From Candidatus Doudnabacteria bacterium RIFCSPHIGHO2_02_FULL_43_13b (GTDB lineage Bacteria > Patescibacteriota > Doudnabacteria > UBA920 > O2-02-FULL-48-8), in the NCBI GenBank assembly GCA_001777655.1, contig MFER01000006.1:29859-80813 (forward strand): 50,955 nucleotides of DNA. The letters are read 5' to 3'. Position 1 is the stretch's first letter. The number at the start of each line of letters is the position of its first letter. Made by a program: the position numbers and the translations under genes. Below are positions 16,084-25,695 of this stretch, piece by piece. Under the pieces are notes generated by a model. That model had not been told where the DNA came from and did no database searches. It saw only the letters and a list, made by a program, of their open reading frames with translations.

Positions 16084-16449
16084 ATGAAGTTTAGCGGCAT
16101 AGTAAAAAAATATTCTGGCCGTGGGAAGAAATTAGGGTTCCCAACAGCGAACATTGAAGCGCCTAAAAGTTTAGAAGATGGGTTGTATGTTGGGTGGACG
16201 GACGGAAAACCGTCCCTAATTTTTGTTGGGGTGAATGAAACTTTCAATGAAACGGACCGGCGAGCCGAGGTTTATATTTTGGATTTCGATCAGGATCTTT
16301 ATGAAAAACAGATCCAAGTTGAAATTCTCAAAAAAATTCGAGAAGTAAGAAAATTTGACTCGAAAGGAGCGTTGATCGAGCAGATGAAACAGGATGAAGA
16401 GGTTGCTCGAGAGTTTTTTAAAAGATATAATCAAAGAAATATTGACTAA
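16084..16449 (+). CDS. Stand-alone riboflavin kinase (RibF C-terminal domain type)
   Basis: SGRGKKLGFPTANI and EVYILDFDQDLYEKQIQVEILKKIREVRKFDS motifs. Confidence 0.8.
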   Translation: MKFSGIVKKYSGRGKKLGFPTANIEAPKSLEDGLYVGWTDGKPSLIFVGVNETFNETDRRAEVYILDFDQDLYEKQIQVEILKKIREVRKFDSKGALIEQMKQDEEVAREFFKRYNQRNID

Positions 16450-17028
16450 ATGAAAAAAAACGGGTTCACTTTGATAGAATTATTGGTTGTTATCTCAATC
16501 ATTGGTTTTATGGCTGTGTTTGCCATGGTTTCTTTGAAGAGCGCCAGGGACAAAACTCGCGCCGCGAGGATGGCTGCTGATTTTTCTGCCATGCGCAACG
16601 CCTGGGCTTTGTGGCAATCAGATACGGGATCAGCGTTTGTATATGAAAATACTTATGGTAATACCAATTCAGAAGCAACCTGTCATGATGAACCAGTTCT
16701 TTCCGACACTGATTTGTTTACTAATGTCTCCGGTACCAATGGTTGGAAGGGACCTTACTTAGGTTCAGCGCCAAGGGACCCATTTGGCCGGCAATATTCT
16801 TACGATAATGACAATGACATTTGGACTTTTAGTAATAAATGGGGCGGGGTTAATATCCAAGTTCAGTGGTGTAATTCCACGGAGGGCAACCGTTACCTTC
16901 AATTAGCGCCTGAAATAGACCGGATTTATGATAGTGGCGATGGCCCAGACAGCGGTCGGTTCCGATGGGATAATGCGGCCAGCCAAGGAGGGTATGGAAT
17001 AATAGTTGCCAGAAGCAGTACGCAATAA
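16450..17028 (+). CDS. Prepilin-type N-terminal cleavage/methylation domain protein (type IV pilin/pseudopilin)
   Basis: MKKNGFTLIELLVVISIIG signature. Confidence 0.85.
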   Translation: MKKNGFTLIELLVVISIIGFMAVFAMVSLKSARDKTRAARMAADFSAMRNAWALWQSDTGSAFVYENTYGNTNSEATCHDEPVLSDTDLFTNVSGTNGWKGPYLGSAPRDPFGRQYSYDNDNDIWTFSNKWGGVNIQVQWCNSTEGNRYLQLAPEIDRIYDSGDGPDSGRFRWDNAASQGGYGIIVARSSTQ

Positions 17029-17058
17029 TTAAATTTAAGGTATAATACAAATAATATT

Positions 17059-17973
17059 ATGACAAATTATCGTTTGGGCCCTTGGTTGGTTACTATCGCG
17101 GCGCTGTTGTGGGCAGTAGATGCGCCTTTTCGTAAATTTTTAACCGGCGATTTGCCATCGAGCACAATTGTGCTGATGGAGCATATTTTAATCGCGGTTT
17201 TGGTCTTGGTTTTTTTGTTCAAATATCTTGCCGAACTTAAAAATTTGCAATGGAAAGAATGGTTGGCTGTCGTGTTTATCGGGCTGGGTGGATCGGCGTT
17301 GGCGACGGTATTTTTCACCCAAAGTTTTCATTATCTGAATCCGACGGTTGCGATTTTGCTGCAGAAACTTCAACCTCTGATTGCTATTGGACTCGCTGCT
17401 TGGATTCTCAAAGAAAATTTATCAAAAAAGTTTTGGCTTTGGACTATCGTGGCGATCTTTGGCGCGTATGTCGTTTCTTTTCCCAATCTTCAACCAACTG
17501 GATTGACTTTGAACGCGAATGGTCTGGGAGTAGCGCTAGCTTTAGGCGCTGCTTTTCTCTGGGGCGGCTCCACTGTGTTTGGCCGACTGGTCTTGAGAAA
17601 AGTAAGTTTTCAGAGTATGACCGCGATCCGCTTTCTTTCGGCGTTAGTGTTTCTACTACTATTAAATTTGTTTAACGGCGATCTAAGCCAGGTTGGATCG
17701 GCATCAAGTAAAGATTGGTTTTATGTTTTTATCATTGCCGTTTTGGCCGGATTTGTTTCTTTGTTTGTTTATTACAAAGGCTTGCAATCAACTAAAGCCA
17801 GCATTGCCACGCTTTGTGAATTAGCTTTCCCAGTCGCTGCCGTGGTTGTGAATTGGATATTTTTGGATGCGGTGCTTACCCCGATGCAAATTTTGGGTGG
17901 CTTGATTTTACTTTTTGCGATTACCAGGCTTACGATCGTCAACGAAACTGAAGCAAAAGAAAAGGCCGTCTAG
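17059..17973 (+). CDS. EamA/DMT family transporter
   Basis: 304 aa, about 10 TM segments, duplicated EamA-like halves. Confidence 0.7.
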   Translation: MTNYRLGPWLVTIAALLWAVDAPFRKFLTGDLPSSTIVLMEHILIAVLVLVFLFKYLAELKNLQWKEWLAVVFIGLGGSALATVFFTQSFHYLNPTVAILLQKLQPLIAIGLAAWILKENLSKKFWLWTIVAIFGAYVVSFPNLQPTGLTLNANGLGVALALGAAFLWGGSTVFGRLVLRKVSFQSMTAIRFLSALVFLLLLNLFNGDLSQVGSASSKDWFYVFIIAVLAGFVSLFVYYKGLQSTKASIATLCELAFPVAAVVVNWIFLDAVLTPMQILGGLILLFAITRLTIVNETEAKEKAV

Positions 17974-17977
17974 CTTG

Positions 17978-17997
17978 ATCCCCGCTTTCGCGGGGAT
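17978..17997. repeat. Single hairpin of the atccccgc/gcggggat family between convergent genes
   Basis: atccccgc-tttc-gcggggat. Confidence 0.6.
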
Positions 17998-18000
17998 GGG

Positions 18001-19491
18001 CTATGCACTTTCTTCGTAACCTGGAAAATAATCGCGGACGATGTTCGCCTCTTTAATTCCCATAGAAGCGAGCATTTTTTCAAATGACTCGACCATTGGT
18101 TCTGGCCCTGACACGTAAAAAATTCTATCTTGCCAATCTGGCACTTCTTTTTTGATCATATCAGGGTTGATGTAGCCTACCTGGTCAGAAATAACAAAAA
18201 TTGGTTTAATGCCAAAACTTTTGGCTTGCTCGAAAAGTTGTTTAAACGCAACATCAGCTTCGGTTTTGCACGAATAAAGCAAAATTATATCGCGGTTAAG
18301 CTTTTTATCAACCATATATTTAACCATGCTGCGAAATGGCGTAATCCCAATCCCGCCGGCAATAAAAACTAATTTTTTCGATTCATCTTTCGGCAGCACA
18401 AAGTCTCCATCTGGGGGCACGGTGTTAAGTTCGTCTCCGGGTTTGAGCTGTAGCAGTGCTTGCTTAAAACTACTGCTTTTTTCTGAAAATTTGGTCGCCA
18501 GCATAATTTCTTTTTCCGTCGGAGACGCGGCGATGGTAAACCAACGCCTTATGCCTCGATTGTCTGCCTTTTCATGAGGCAGCATCCACTCCAGAAATTG
18601 TCCGGGGTTGAATGTGAATTGTTTAAGCGGTTTGAAGAAAAAAGATCTGATATTGGCAGCTACTTCCTCTGTTCGAATAAATTTGAATATCAACCTCGGG
18701 GTTGGGTTTAAGATTTTCGAAAAAATATTGCCGATTAATAATGACAGTTCCAAAGAATAAGAAATGCTGGAAAATTTTTGGAGCAAAATTAACAGTACCG
18801 CCACAAAGAGCCCGTAATAAATTCGTATTTTTCTGCCAGCTGGAGCTGTGAGAGGTTCAACTAACATCACGAATGAAAAAAACAGTAAGGGGGCCAACAG
18901 TGTTAGGGTGGGTTTGATTTGGAAAGCTGCTGTAAACAAAACTAGATAAGCCACCAAGAAACTTATGGGCAAATGCCACCACCGAAGTTTATTTATCATC
19001 AAAATTCCGATAATCAGAATAACTGGAATTAAATAAACACTACCAACCCACCAAGACGCACCCAGGTCGAGGAACAAGGCGCCAAACAAGACGCCTGCGG
19101 CAGCTGGGTTGAAAATATGTCGGCCCCTGAAAACAAAAATATATTTAGAGGCCTGGGCGATTAACGCGATTAGGATTAAATTGAGAATATTTGAAAAGGG
19201 ATCGAACGGCCCGACAATCAAAGTTATGATATTGGCGGTGATTATTTGGGATTCGAAGTTGGGCCTAACTTTAAAAATTTTCCCCAGCAGTTGATTGGAG
19301 AGGTAACTTGTGACCATCATCAATAACCAGGTGGCCAAAATATGCCACCAGACAAAGGGCAGAATATTAAACAAGCTGAAAACCGTGGCCGAAAGAATCA
19401 GAGCCCAAAGACTATAGTTCATCAACCGATGCATGGTGATATTTTTGAACTTTTGAATTATTTGATTGATCATGCAAATATTATATCCCAT
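18001..19491 (-). CDS. Fusion protein: RnfD/NqrB-like membrane domain plus FNR-type FAD/NAD(P)-binding reductase domain
   Basis: The N-terminal polytopic part has RHIFNPAAAG. The C-terminal part has RWFTIAASP and FIAGGIGITPFRSM. An alternative start is ATG 19473 (MINQ..). Confidence 0.6.
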   Translation of the reverse strand: MGYNICMINQIIQKFKNITMHRLMNYSLWALILSATVFSLFNILPFVWWHILATWLLMMVTSYLSNQLLGKIFKVRPNFESQIITANIITLIVGPFDPFSNILNLILIALIAQASKYIFVFRGRHIFNPAAAGVLFGALFLDLGASWWVGSVYLIPVILIIGILMINKLRWWHLPISFLVAYLVLFTAAFQIKPTLTLLAPLLFFSFVMLVEPLTAPAGRKIRIYYGLFVAVLLILLQKFSSISYSLELSLLIGNIFSKILNPTPRLIFKFIRTEEVAANIRSFFFKPLKQFTFNPGQFLEWMLPHEKADNRGIRRWFTIAASPTEKEIMLATKFSEKSSSFKQALLQLKPGDELNTVPPDGDFVLPKDESKKLVFIAGGIGITPFRSMVKYMVDKKLNRDIILLYSCKTEADVAFKQLFEQAKSFGIKPIFVISDQVGYINPDMIKKEVPDWQDRIFYVSGPEPMVESFEKMLASMGIKEANIVRDYFPGYEESA

Positions 19492-19553
19492 TCCCGCGAA
19501 AGCGGGAATCTAAATAAAGCATAATCAAGATCCTCGATCAGGTCGGGGATGGG
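19487..19553 (+). repeat. Dual-hairpin intergenic repeat, compact form
   Basis: cccattcccgc-gaaa-gcgggaat, linker ctaaataaagcataatcaagat, then cctcga-tcag-gtcggggatggg. Confidence 0.7.
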
Positions 19554-19590
19554 AAAATAAAAAATCTCTGGTAAATAAACCAGGGATTTT

Positions 19591-19776
19591 TTATGCGGCG
19601 ATAAGCATCTTTTTACTATGGGTTCTCATGCATTTGGTACAAGCCTTAACTCGTTGTCCGTGGTCTAGTTTTAACCACTGGAGGTTGGGATAAAGCCGGA
19701 CCTTGGTTTTTCTCATGGAGTGAGATCTTGTAAAGGTAGAAAGATAGCCCTTGCCGCAAATTGTGCATTTGCGCAT
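19591..19776 (-). CDS. rpmB: 50S ribosomal protein L28
   Basis: MRKCTICGKG...SHSMRKTKVRLYPNLQ. Confidence 0.85.
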   Translation of the reverse strand: MRKCTICGKGYLSTFTRSHSMRKTKVRLYPNLQWLKLDHGQRVKACTKCMRTHSKKMLIAA

Positions 19777-19834
19777 ATAATTTGTTAAACTTAAGGCACT
19801 CGTAAAAGTTTATCAAAAATTAAGAAAAAAGTCA

Positions 19835-20476
19835 ATGGATCCGATAAGTATCGTCATTTTTATTTTTATTCTGCTGTTTTCTGTAATTTTTCATGAAGTG
19901 GCGCACGGGTTGACGGCAGAAAAATTAGGAGATCCAACCGCTCGATACGCGGGTCGTTTAACGCTAAATCCGATTTCACACATTGATTTGTTCGGTTCGA
20001 TCCTCCTGCCGGTATTTTTGCTATTGATCAATTCGCCAATTTTGTTCGGGGCAGCCAAACCCGTCCCCGTGGATTATCGTAATCTTCGAAATGTTAAGCG
20101 CGATATGATTTTGGTTTCATTTGCCGGACCGCTTACCAACCTGATTTTGGCAGCGCTGGCTGCGGCAGTGTTTCGAATTTTGCCGAATATTTCGGATTTG
20201 GGACAAGGCCTGCTGATACAAACTGTGAGTTTGAATTTAGTGTTGGCGTTATTTAACCTAATTCCCATCCCACCACTGGATGGCTCAAAAATTTTGGCCA
20301 GCCTGTTTGGCTTTTTAGACCGGGGATGGATGTACGCGATTTTGTCCCTGGAACGGTTCGGTTTTATCCTTTTGATCTTATTTCTTTACACTGGATTGAT
20401 TCAGACAATTCTTGGCCCACCATTGATTTTTTTCATGAAATTATTCTTAGGGCCGGAGGTTGGAAACATTTTTTAA
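19835..20476 (+). CDS. Site-2 protease family (peptidase M50) membrane metalloprotease
   Basis: HEVAHGLTA zinc motif and NLIPIPPLDGSK. Confidence 0.75.
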   Translation: MDPISIVIFIFILLFSVIFHEVAHGLTAEKLGDPTARYAGRLTLNPISHIDLFGSILLPVFLLLINSPILFGAAKPVPVDYRNLRNVKRDMILVSFAGPLTNLILAALAAAVFRILPNISDLGQGLLIQTVSLNLVLALFNLIPIPPLDGSKILASLFGFLDRGWMYAILSLERFGFILLILFLYTGLIQTILGPPLIFFMKLFLGPEVGNIF

Positions 20477-20478
20477 TC

Positions 20479-20507
20479 TTGACATAAGTAATAAAAGCTG
20501 TTAATAT
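20479..20507 (+). promoter_or_regulatory. Sigma70-type promoter of the str operon (TTGACA-17-TAATAT)
   Basis: ttgaca 20479-20484, 17-nt spacer, taatat 20502-20507. Confidence 0.55.
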
Positions 20508-20587
20508 TCGGCAGTAAAAAGAATTAATTGGTTTTAGTTAATTTACCTTGTTTCAGAGTTGCGGCAAGGAGAAACTGCCGTTTTTAT

Positions 20588-21004
20588 ATGCCTACCATCA
20601 ATCAATTAGTCCGCAAAGGACGAACCAAAGAAATATATAAGTCCAAGACGCCTGCCCTGGATCGGGGTTTTAATTTGCTGCGCGGCGAACCTTATCCATT
20701 GCCGAAAGGCTCTCCCTTCAAGCGCGGGGTTTGCATTAAAGTCACCACCACGACCCCGAAGAAACCAAACTCGGCTCTGCGAAAAATTGCTCGGGTCCGT
20801 CTCTCAAACGGTATGGAAGTCACCGCCTATATTCCGGGCATTGGTCATAATTTACAAGAACACTCGGTCGTCATGATCCGCGGCGGCCGGGTTAAGGATT
20901 TACCAGGCGTTCGATACCATATAGTTCGCGGCAAACTGGACGCATCAGGAGTGGAAGGACGAAAACGAGGACGATCTAAATATGGAGCCAAGAGAAGTGA
21001 ATAA
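20588..21004 (+). CDS. rpsL: 30S ribosomal protein S12
   Basis: [12 protein letters not shown]...[11 protein letters not shown]. Confidence 0.96.
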   Translation: MPTINQLVRKGRTKEIYKSKTPALDRGFNLLRGEPYPLPKGSPFKRGVCIKVTTTTPKKPNSALRKIARVRLSNGMEVTAYIPGIGHNLQEHSVVMIRGGRVKDLPGVRYHIVRGKLDASGVEGRKRGRSKYGAKRSE

Positions 21005-21118
21005 TTTTGAATGTTGATTTTCGAATTTCGAATCAATTTTGAGTAATCTAATATTTATTAAATAATCTAATAATCTAATTTCAATCAAAATTTTAAATTC
21101 TTAATTCAAATTTCATTT

Positions 21119-21604
21119 ATGCCTCGAAAAGCAAGAAGTTACAAACGACACCCAATTCATTCTGATTATAAATACAACAGTATTAAAATCGGGAAATTTA
21201 TCAATTACATCATGGAGCGCGGTAAAAAAACCGTGGCAAGCAAGATTGTCTATGATGCGTTTGATTTGATTGAGAAACAAACAAAATCTGATCCCAAGGC
21301 CGTTTTTGAACAAGCGGTGCGCAATGTCTCGCCGATTTTGGAAGTCAAAGGACGCCGGATTGGAGGCGCGAATTATCAAGTTCCGATGGAAGTCCAGGAA
21401 CCGCGCAAAACAACTCTGGGCATGAAATGGATTATTGATGCCGCTCGAACAAAGAAGGGTAGACCTATGGCGGAAAAATTAGCAACCGAGCTTACTGAAG
21501 CTTATAACAAAACCGGCGCCGCGATTAAGAAGCGGGAAGATGTCCATAGGATGGCTGAGGCAAATAAAGCCTTCGCGCACTTTGCTCGATTCCAACGCAG
21601 GTAA
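21119..21604 (+). CDS. rpsG: 30S ribosomal protein S7
   Basis: [10 protein letters not shown]... and [10 protein letters not shown]. Confidence 0.95.
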   Translation: MPRKARSYKRHPIHSDYKYNSIKIGKFINYIMERGKKTVASKIVYDAFDLIEKQTKSDPKAVFEQAVRNVSPILEVKGRRIGGANYQVPMEVQEPRKTTLGMKWIIDAARTKKGRPMAEKLATELTEAYNKTGAAIKKREDVHRMAEANKAFAHFARFQRR

Positions 21605-21608
21605 ATTT

Positions 21609-23708
21609 ATGCCCAGGGAGTATAGTTTAGAAAAAACCAGAAATATCGGAATTATTGCCCATATCGATGCGGGTAAAACGACCAGCACCGAGTCGATTTT
21701 GTTTTACACGGGAAAAATTCACAAAATTGGGGAAGTCCATGAGGGCAACACGGCCATGGATTGGATGGAACAGGAACGCGAACGTGGTATCACCATCACC
21801 GCGGCCGCCACGACTTGTTTTTGGCATAACCATCGCATCAATATTATTGACACACCCGGACACGTGGACTTTACAGTCGAAGTTGAACGATCGCTGCGCG
21901 TCCTCGACGGTGCGGTCGTGGTGTTCGATGGCAAAATGGGAGTGGAACCGCAATCCGAAACTGTTTGGCGTCAAGCCGACAAATACTCGGTTCCCCGGAT
22001 GTGTTTTATTAACAAGATCAACCAAACCGGCGGCGATTTTTATAAATCTTTAGACGCCATTCATAAGCGCTTATCACCCAATGCGTTCGCAATCCAGCTT
22101 CCCGTGGGATTTGAAAAAGATATTATCGGTATCGTTGATTTAGTGAAAATGAAATCCTATACATATAAAGATCATAAAGACAAAGCGCTGATGGAAGGCG
22201 AAGTTCCTGCTGATATGCTGGATCGGGCCAAAGAATTTCGACATAAACTCATGGAAAAAGTGGTTGAATCTGACGATGCGCTCATGGAAAAATATTTGGT
22301 CGGCAATGAACTTTCAGAGTCAGAATTCCGCTCCGCGATTCGAACAGCGACCTTAACCGGTAACTTCTTTCCGGTTTTGGGCGGAGACGGTCGCGGCTTG
22401 ATCGTTACCACGATTTTAGACGCAGTCGTAAATTATCTGCCGAGTCCGCTCGATAAACCGTCGGTCAAGGCGATTCATTTGAAAACTAAAGAAGAGTTGC
22501 AGCTTAAGCCGAATGATGATGACAAGTTCGTGGCGTTAGCTTTTAAAATTGCCACTGATCCGTTTGTCGGTAAATTGGCGTTCTTTCGAGTTTATACCGG
22601 CACATTGCAAACCGGTTCATATATTTTAAATGCCAGATCAGGCAACAAAGAACGGGTCGGCAGACTGGTTCGGCTGCATGCTGATTCGCGGGAAGAAGTG
22701 AAAGAAGTTTATTCCGGCGACATCGCCGCTTTGGTTGGTCCGAAAGATACTTTTACAGGGGATACGCTTTGCGACGCGGATTTTCCGGTGGTCTTGGAAC
22801 GGATTAAATTCCCAGAACCGGTTATTTCTGTGGCGATTGAACCGAAAACCAAACAAGACCAGGAAAAAATGGGCTTGGCCTTGCAAAAACTAGGAGAGGA
22901 AGACCCAACCTTTAGGATTCGAAGCGATGAGGAAACCAATCAAACCCTAATTTCTGGGATGGGTGAATTACATTTGGAAATTATCGTCGATCGCATGAAG
23001 CGAGAATTTAAAGTCGAGGCCAATGTCGGCCGACCGCAGGTTGCTTATAAAGAAACAATCAAGGGTCACGCGGAAGCGGAAGGAAAATACATCCGTCAGA
23101 CCGGTGGTCGGGGACAATACGGTCATGTGTTAATCAAAGTAGAACCCCAAGACGATCCGGCTAAGGGCAATGAATTTATAAATGAAATCGTGGGCGGCAC
23201 TATTCCACGGGAGTATGTCCCGGCAGTGGATAAAGGAATTCGGGAAGCTCAAGATCGAGGCGTAATCGCTGGCTTTCCGGTGATCAATATCAAAACCACC
23301 CTCTTTGATGGTTCTTATCACGAGGTTGATTCTTCAGAAATTGCTTTTAAAATCGCCGGCTCTATGGCTTTCCAAGATGGAGTCAAAAAAGCGCAACCAA
23401 TCCTGCTTGAACCGATTATGAAAGTGGAAGTGATCTCACCTGAATCATCGCTGGGGGACGTGATTGGAGATCTAAACGCCAAGCGGGGTAAAATCGAAGA
23501 GATGACAGAAAAAGGACATTTAAAAATTGTCGACGCCTTGGTTCCACTGGCAGAAATGTTTGGCTATGCCACACAAATTAGATCCATGTCTCAAGGACAA
23601 GCATCATACACTATGGAATTTCATCACTATGAGGAAGTGCCAAGGAATGTTGCGGAGAAGATAATTGGCGAAACAGGCAAGATTAGGGTTGGGCAAGTAG
23701 GAAAGTAA
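21609..23708 (+). CDS. fusA: Elongation factor G
   Basis: [22 protein letters not shown] and full-length domain order. ATG 21609 is preferred over the track start 21540. Confidence 0.96.
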   Translation: MPREYSLEKTRNIGIIAHIDAGKTTSTESILFYTGKIHKIGEVHEGNTAMDWMEQERERGITITAAATTCFWHNHRINIIDTPGHVDFTVEVERSLRVLDGAVVVFDGKMGVEPQSETVWRQADKYSVPRMCFINKINQTGGDFYKSLDAIHKRLSPNAFAIQLPVGFEKDIIGIVDLVKMKSYTYKDHKDKALMEGEVPADMLDRAKEFRHKLMEKVVESDDALMEKYLVGNELSESEFRSAIRTATLTGNFFPVLGGDGRGLIVTTILDAVVNYLPSPLDKPSVKAIHLKTKEELQLKPNDDDKFVALAFKIATDPFVGKLAFFRVYTGTLQTGSYILNARSGNKERVGRLVRLHADSREEVKEVYSGDIAALVGPKDTFTGDTLCDADFPVVLERIKFPEPVISVAIEPKTKQDQEKMGLALQKLGEEDPTFRIRSDEETNQTLISGMGELHLEIIVDRMKREFKVEANVGRPQVAYKETIKGHAEAEGKYIRQTGGRGQYGHVLIKVEPQDDPAKGNEFINEIVGGTIPREYVPAVDKGIREAQDRGVIAGFPVINIKTTLFDGSYHEVDSSEIAFKIAGSMAFQDGVKKAQPILLEPIMKVEVISPESSLGDVIGDLNAKRGKIEEMTEKGHLKIVDALVPLAEMFGYATQIRSMSQGQASYTMEFHHYEEVPRNVAEKIIGETGKIRVGQVGK

Positions 23709-23779
23709 AAGTTCGGACAGCCGTTTGAAAAAGACACAAAAAAAGCCGCCGGAGCTTACTAAGCTTAGGCGGGGGTTGT

Positions 23780-23953
23780 CTACTTTCCTCGTCCTCCAGG
23801 TAGCACCCGGAACTGCTTCCGAGCCTCCCGGGCCTTTTCGTCGTCCCAACTTCTGTCGACGATTTCCTGGATCTCCTCAAGCTCGCTTCGAGTGATCTTC
23901 TTGCGGGAACGCTTGAAGATGCGCGGGAGCCGAGACTGTTTTACGATTGGCAT
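23780..23953 (-). CDS. Hypothetical 57-aa basic protein (second high-GC island)
   Basis: gggagga RBS. MPIVKQSRLPRIFKRSRKKITRSELEEIQ... Followed by a hairpin plus T7 on the minus strand. Confidence 0.45.
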   Translation of the reverse strand: MPIVKQSRLPRIFKRSRKKITRSELEEIQEIVDRSWDDEKAREARKQFRVLPGGRGK

Positions 23954-23985
23954 GGGTTCCTCCCTTCACATCTCGTTGGCTGCCG

Positions 23986-24216
23986 CTAGAAAACCACGGG
24001 CGGGTCGGGGGGAGTTGGGCCGTCAGGCTTGTGTTTGGCTGCTTCCACGATGGTTCGGAGGTTCTTCTTCGCTTCTTCCCGAGCCTCCGGTCGTCTTGAT
24101 CGAGGCGGTTCGGCCGCAACCGATGACACAGTGTTGTTCTTTCTGCGGCTTAGGATCAGGAATACGACAACGGCCGCGACAATCATCAATAATCCTATAC
24201 CCAGGTTGAAATCCAT
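23986..24216 (-). CDS. Hypothetical 76-aa single-pass membrane protein (second high-GC island)
   Basis: aggaga RBS before the internal ATG. MDFNLGIGLLMIVAAVVVFLIL then a charged Pro-rich tail. Confidence 0.45.
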   Translation of the reverse strand: MDFNLGIGLLMIVAAVVVFLILSRRKNNTVSSVAAEPPRSRRPEAREEAKKNLRTIVEAAKHKPDGPTPPDPPVVF

Positions 24217-24255
24217 GTTTGCACTCTCCTGTTTTGTCGTCCTCCGTTTGGCCCT

Positions 24256-24284
24256 AGTATAACTATTATTAGGTTCCAGGACAA
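24256..24284 (-). promoter_or_regulatory. Sigma70-type promoter on the minus strand (TTGTCC-17-TATACT)
   Basis: The reverse complement reads ttgtcc, a 17-nt spacer, then tatact, upstream of the 24216 start. Confidence 0.4.
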
Positions 24285-24336
24285 GCGAAACTGGCTCGGT
24301 CTGGTAAGTGTTACTTATCCCCAGGCAAAAGGGGAC

Positions 24337-24365
24337 TTTACAAGTAGCCATAAATCCTATATAAT
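24337..24365 (+). promoter_or_regulatory. Sigma70-type promoter of tuf (TTTACA-17-TATAAT)
   Basis: tttaca 24337-24342, 17-nt spacer, tataat 24360-24365. Confidence 0.55.
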
Positions 24366-24396
24366 CTTGAGGCAATTAAATTAATCAAAAAATTTT

Positions 24397-25584
24397 ATGG
24401 CAGGTAAATTCGATAGATCGAAGCCACACGTCAACATCGGAACCATTGGGCACGTCGACCATGGGAAGACCACTTTGACTGCGGCTATCACCTCGGTTCT
24501 GGCTAAATCAGGCAAAGCCAAGGCCCGTGCTTATGATTCAATAGATAACGCACCAGAAGAAAAAGCCCGGGGGATTACGATTAATACCACTCACGTGGAA
24601 TATGAGTCTGACAAGCGTCACTATGCCCACGTTGATTGTCCGGGACATGCAGACTATATCAAGAACATGATTACCGGGGCCGCCCAGATGGACGGCGCGA
24701 TTTTGGTGGTGTCCGCGGCTGATGGCCCGATGCCCCAAACTCGCGAACACATTTTGTTGGCCCGTCAGGTCGGTGTTCCATATATCGTGGTCTATTTAAA
24801 TAAAGTTGACATGGTTGATGACAAAGAACTTCTGGATTTGGTGGAAGAAGAAGTGCGTGATCTGCTGACTAAATATCAATTTCCAGGCAAAGATACCCCA
24901 ATTATCCGTGGTAGCGCGCTAAAGGCATTAGAAGGAGATACTTCAGAAATTGGTGAACCGTCAATTTTAAAACTCGTCGAAGCGCTCGATACTTATATCC
25001 CGGATCCAGTTAGAGATGTTGATAAACCGTACTTGATGCCAATCGAAGACATTTTTTCTATCGAGGGCCGAGGTACCGTAGTGACCGGTCGGATTGAAAG
25101 AGGAATTGTAAAGTTGAACGAGGAAGTAGAGATCGTAGGCATTCGCCCAACTTCAAAGACAGTTGTAACAGGAATTGAAATGTTTAATAAACAATTGGAT
25201 GAAGGGCGCGCAGGCGACAATGCCGGAGTATTGCTTCGAGGTACTAAGAAAGACGAAGTGGAGCGCGGGCAAGTACTTTGTAAGCCAGGATCTATCACTC
25301 CTCATACAGAATTTGATGCTGAAGTGTATATCTTAACCAAAGAAGAAGGCGGTCGTCATACCCCGTTCTTTAAGGGATATAAGCCCCAATTCTACATTCG
25401 AACCACTGATGTAACCGGAGAAGTTGAATTGCCAGCTGGCCAAGAAATGATTATGCCAGGAGATACCGTGACTTTGAAAATTAAATTAATCACCCCGGTG
25501 GCGATGGAAGAGAAGATGCGTTTCGCTATTCGCGAAGGTGGCCATACTGTAGGAGCTGGAGTTGTGCTCAAGATTAACAAATAA
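24397..25584 (+). CDS. tuf: Elongation factor Tu
   Basis: [22 protein letters not shown]. 395 aa. Confidence 0.97.
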   Translation: MAGKFDRSKPHVNIGTIGHVDHGKTTLTAAITSVLAKSGKAKARAYDSIDNAPEEKARGITINTTHVEYESDKRHYAHVDCPGHADYIKNMITGAAQMDGAILVVSAADGPMPQTREHILLARQVGVPYIVVYLNKVDMVDDKELLDLVEEEVRDLLTKYQFPGKDTPIIRGSALKALEGDTSEIGEPSILKLVEALDTYIPDPVRDVDKPYLMPIEDIFSIEGRGTVVTGRIERGIVKLNEEVEIVGIRPTSKTVVTGIEMFNKQLDEGRAGDNAGVLLRGTKKDEVERGQVLCKPGSITPHTEFDAEVYILTKEEGGRHTPFFKGYKPQFYIRTTDVTGEVELPAGQEMIMPGDTVTLKIKLITPVAMEEKMRFAIREGGHTVGAGVVLKINK

Positions 25585-25591
25585 CTAAGAA

Positions 25592-25642
25592 GGGCCGCCC
25601 CCTGCCTGCCGGCAGGCAGGCTTGACCGGGGTGGTCCTTTTT
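25592..25642 (+). terminator. Compound terminator hairpin after tuf
   Basis: Perfect 20-nt palindrome cctgcctgccggcaggcagg nested in an outer stem, followed by ttttt. Confidence 0.65.
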
Positions 25643-25650
25643 GGTACAAT
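25622..25650 (+). promoter_or_regulatory. Promoter of the S10 operon (TTGACC-17-TACAAT with TG extension)
   Basis: ttgacc 25622-25627, tacaat 25645-25650 preceded by tgg. Confidence 0.5.
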
Positions 25651-25695
25651 GCTTTGGTGTCAATTAACAATTTTTTAAGAACTTTATAAATCGAA

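Noticed and set aside
3174-19553. The atccccg...cggggat hairpins as a possible CRISPR array.
   Set aside because: The copies are kilobases apart, are not regularly spaced direct repeats, have no spacer-like unique units, and no cas genes are adjacent.
21005-21118. AT-rich rpsL-rpsG spacer with short tandem motifs (ttcgaat x2, taatctaa x3).
   Set aside because: It is low-complexity AT-rich spacer of ordinary length for this junction, with no stable structure or ORF.
23877-24262. Plus-strand ORFs 23892-24209 and 24029-24262, minus-strand ORF 23877-24119, and the long form (129 aa) of 23986-24375.
   Set aside because: None has an RBS or a sensible start. The internal ATGs at 24216 and 23953 on the minus strand are each preceded by a strong Shine-Dalgarno sequence.
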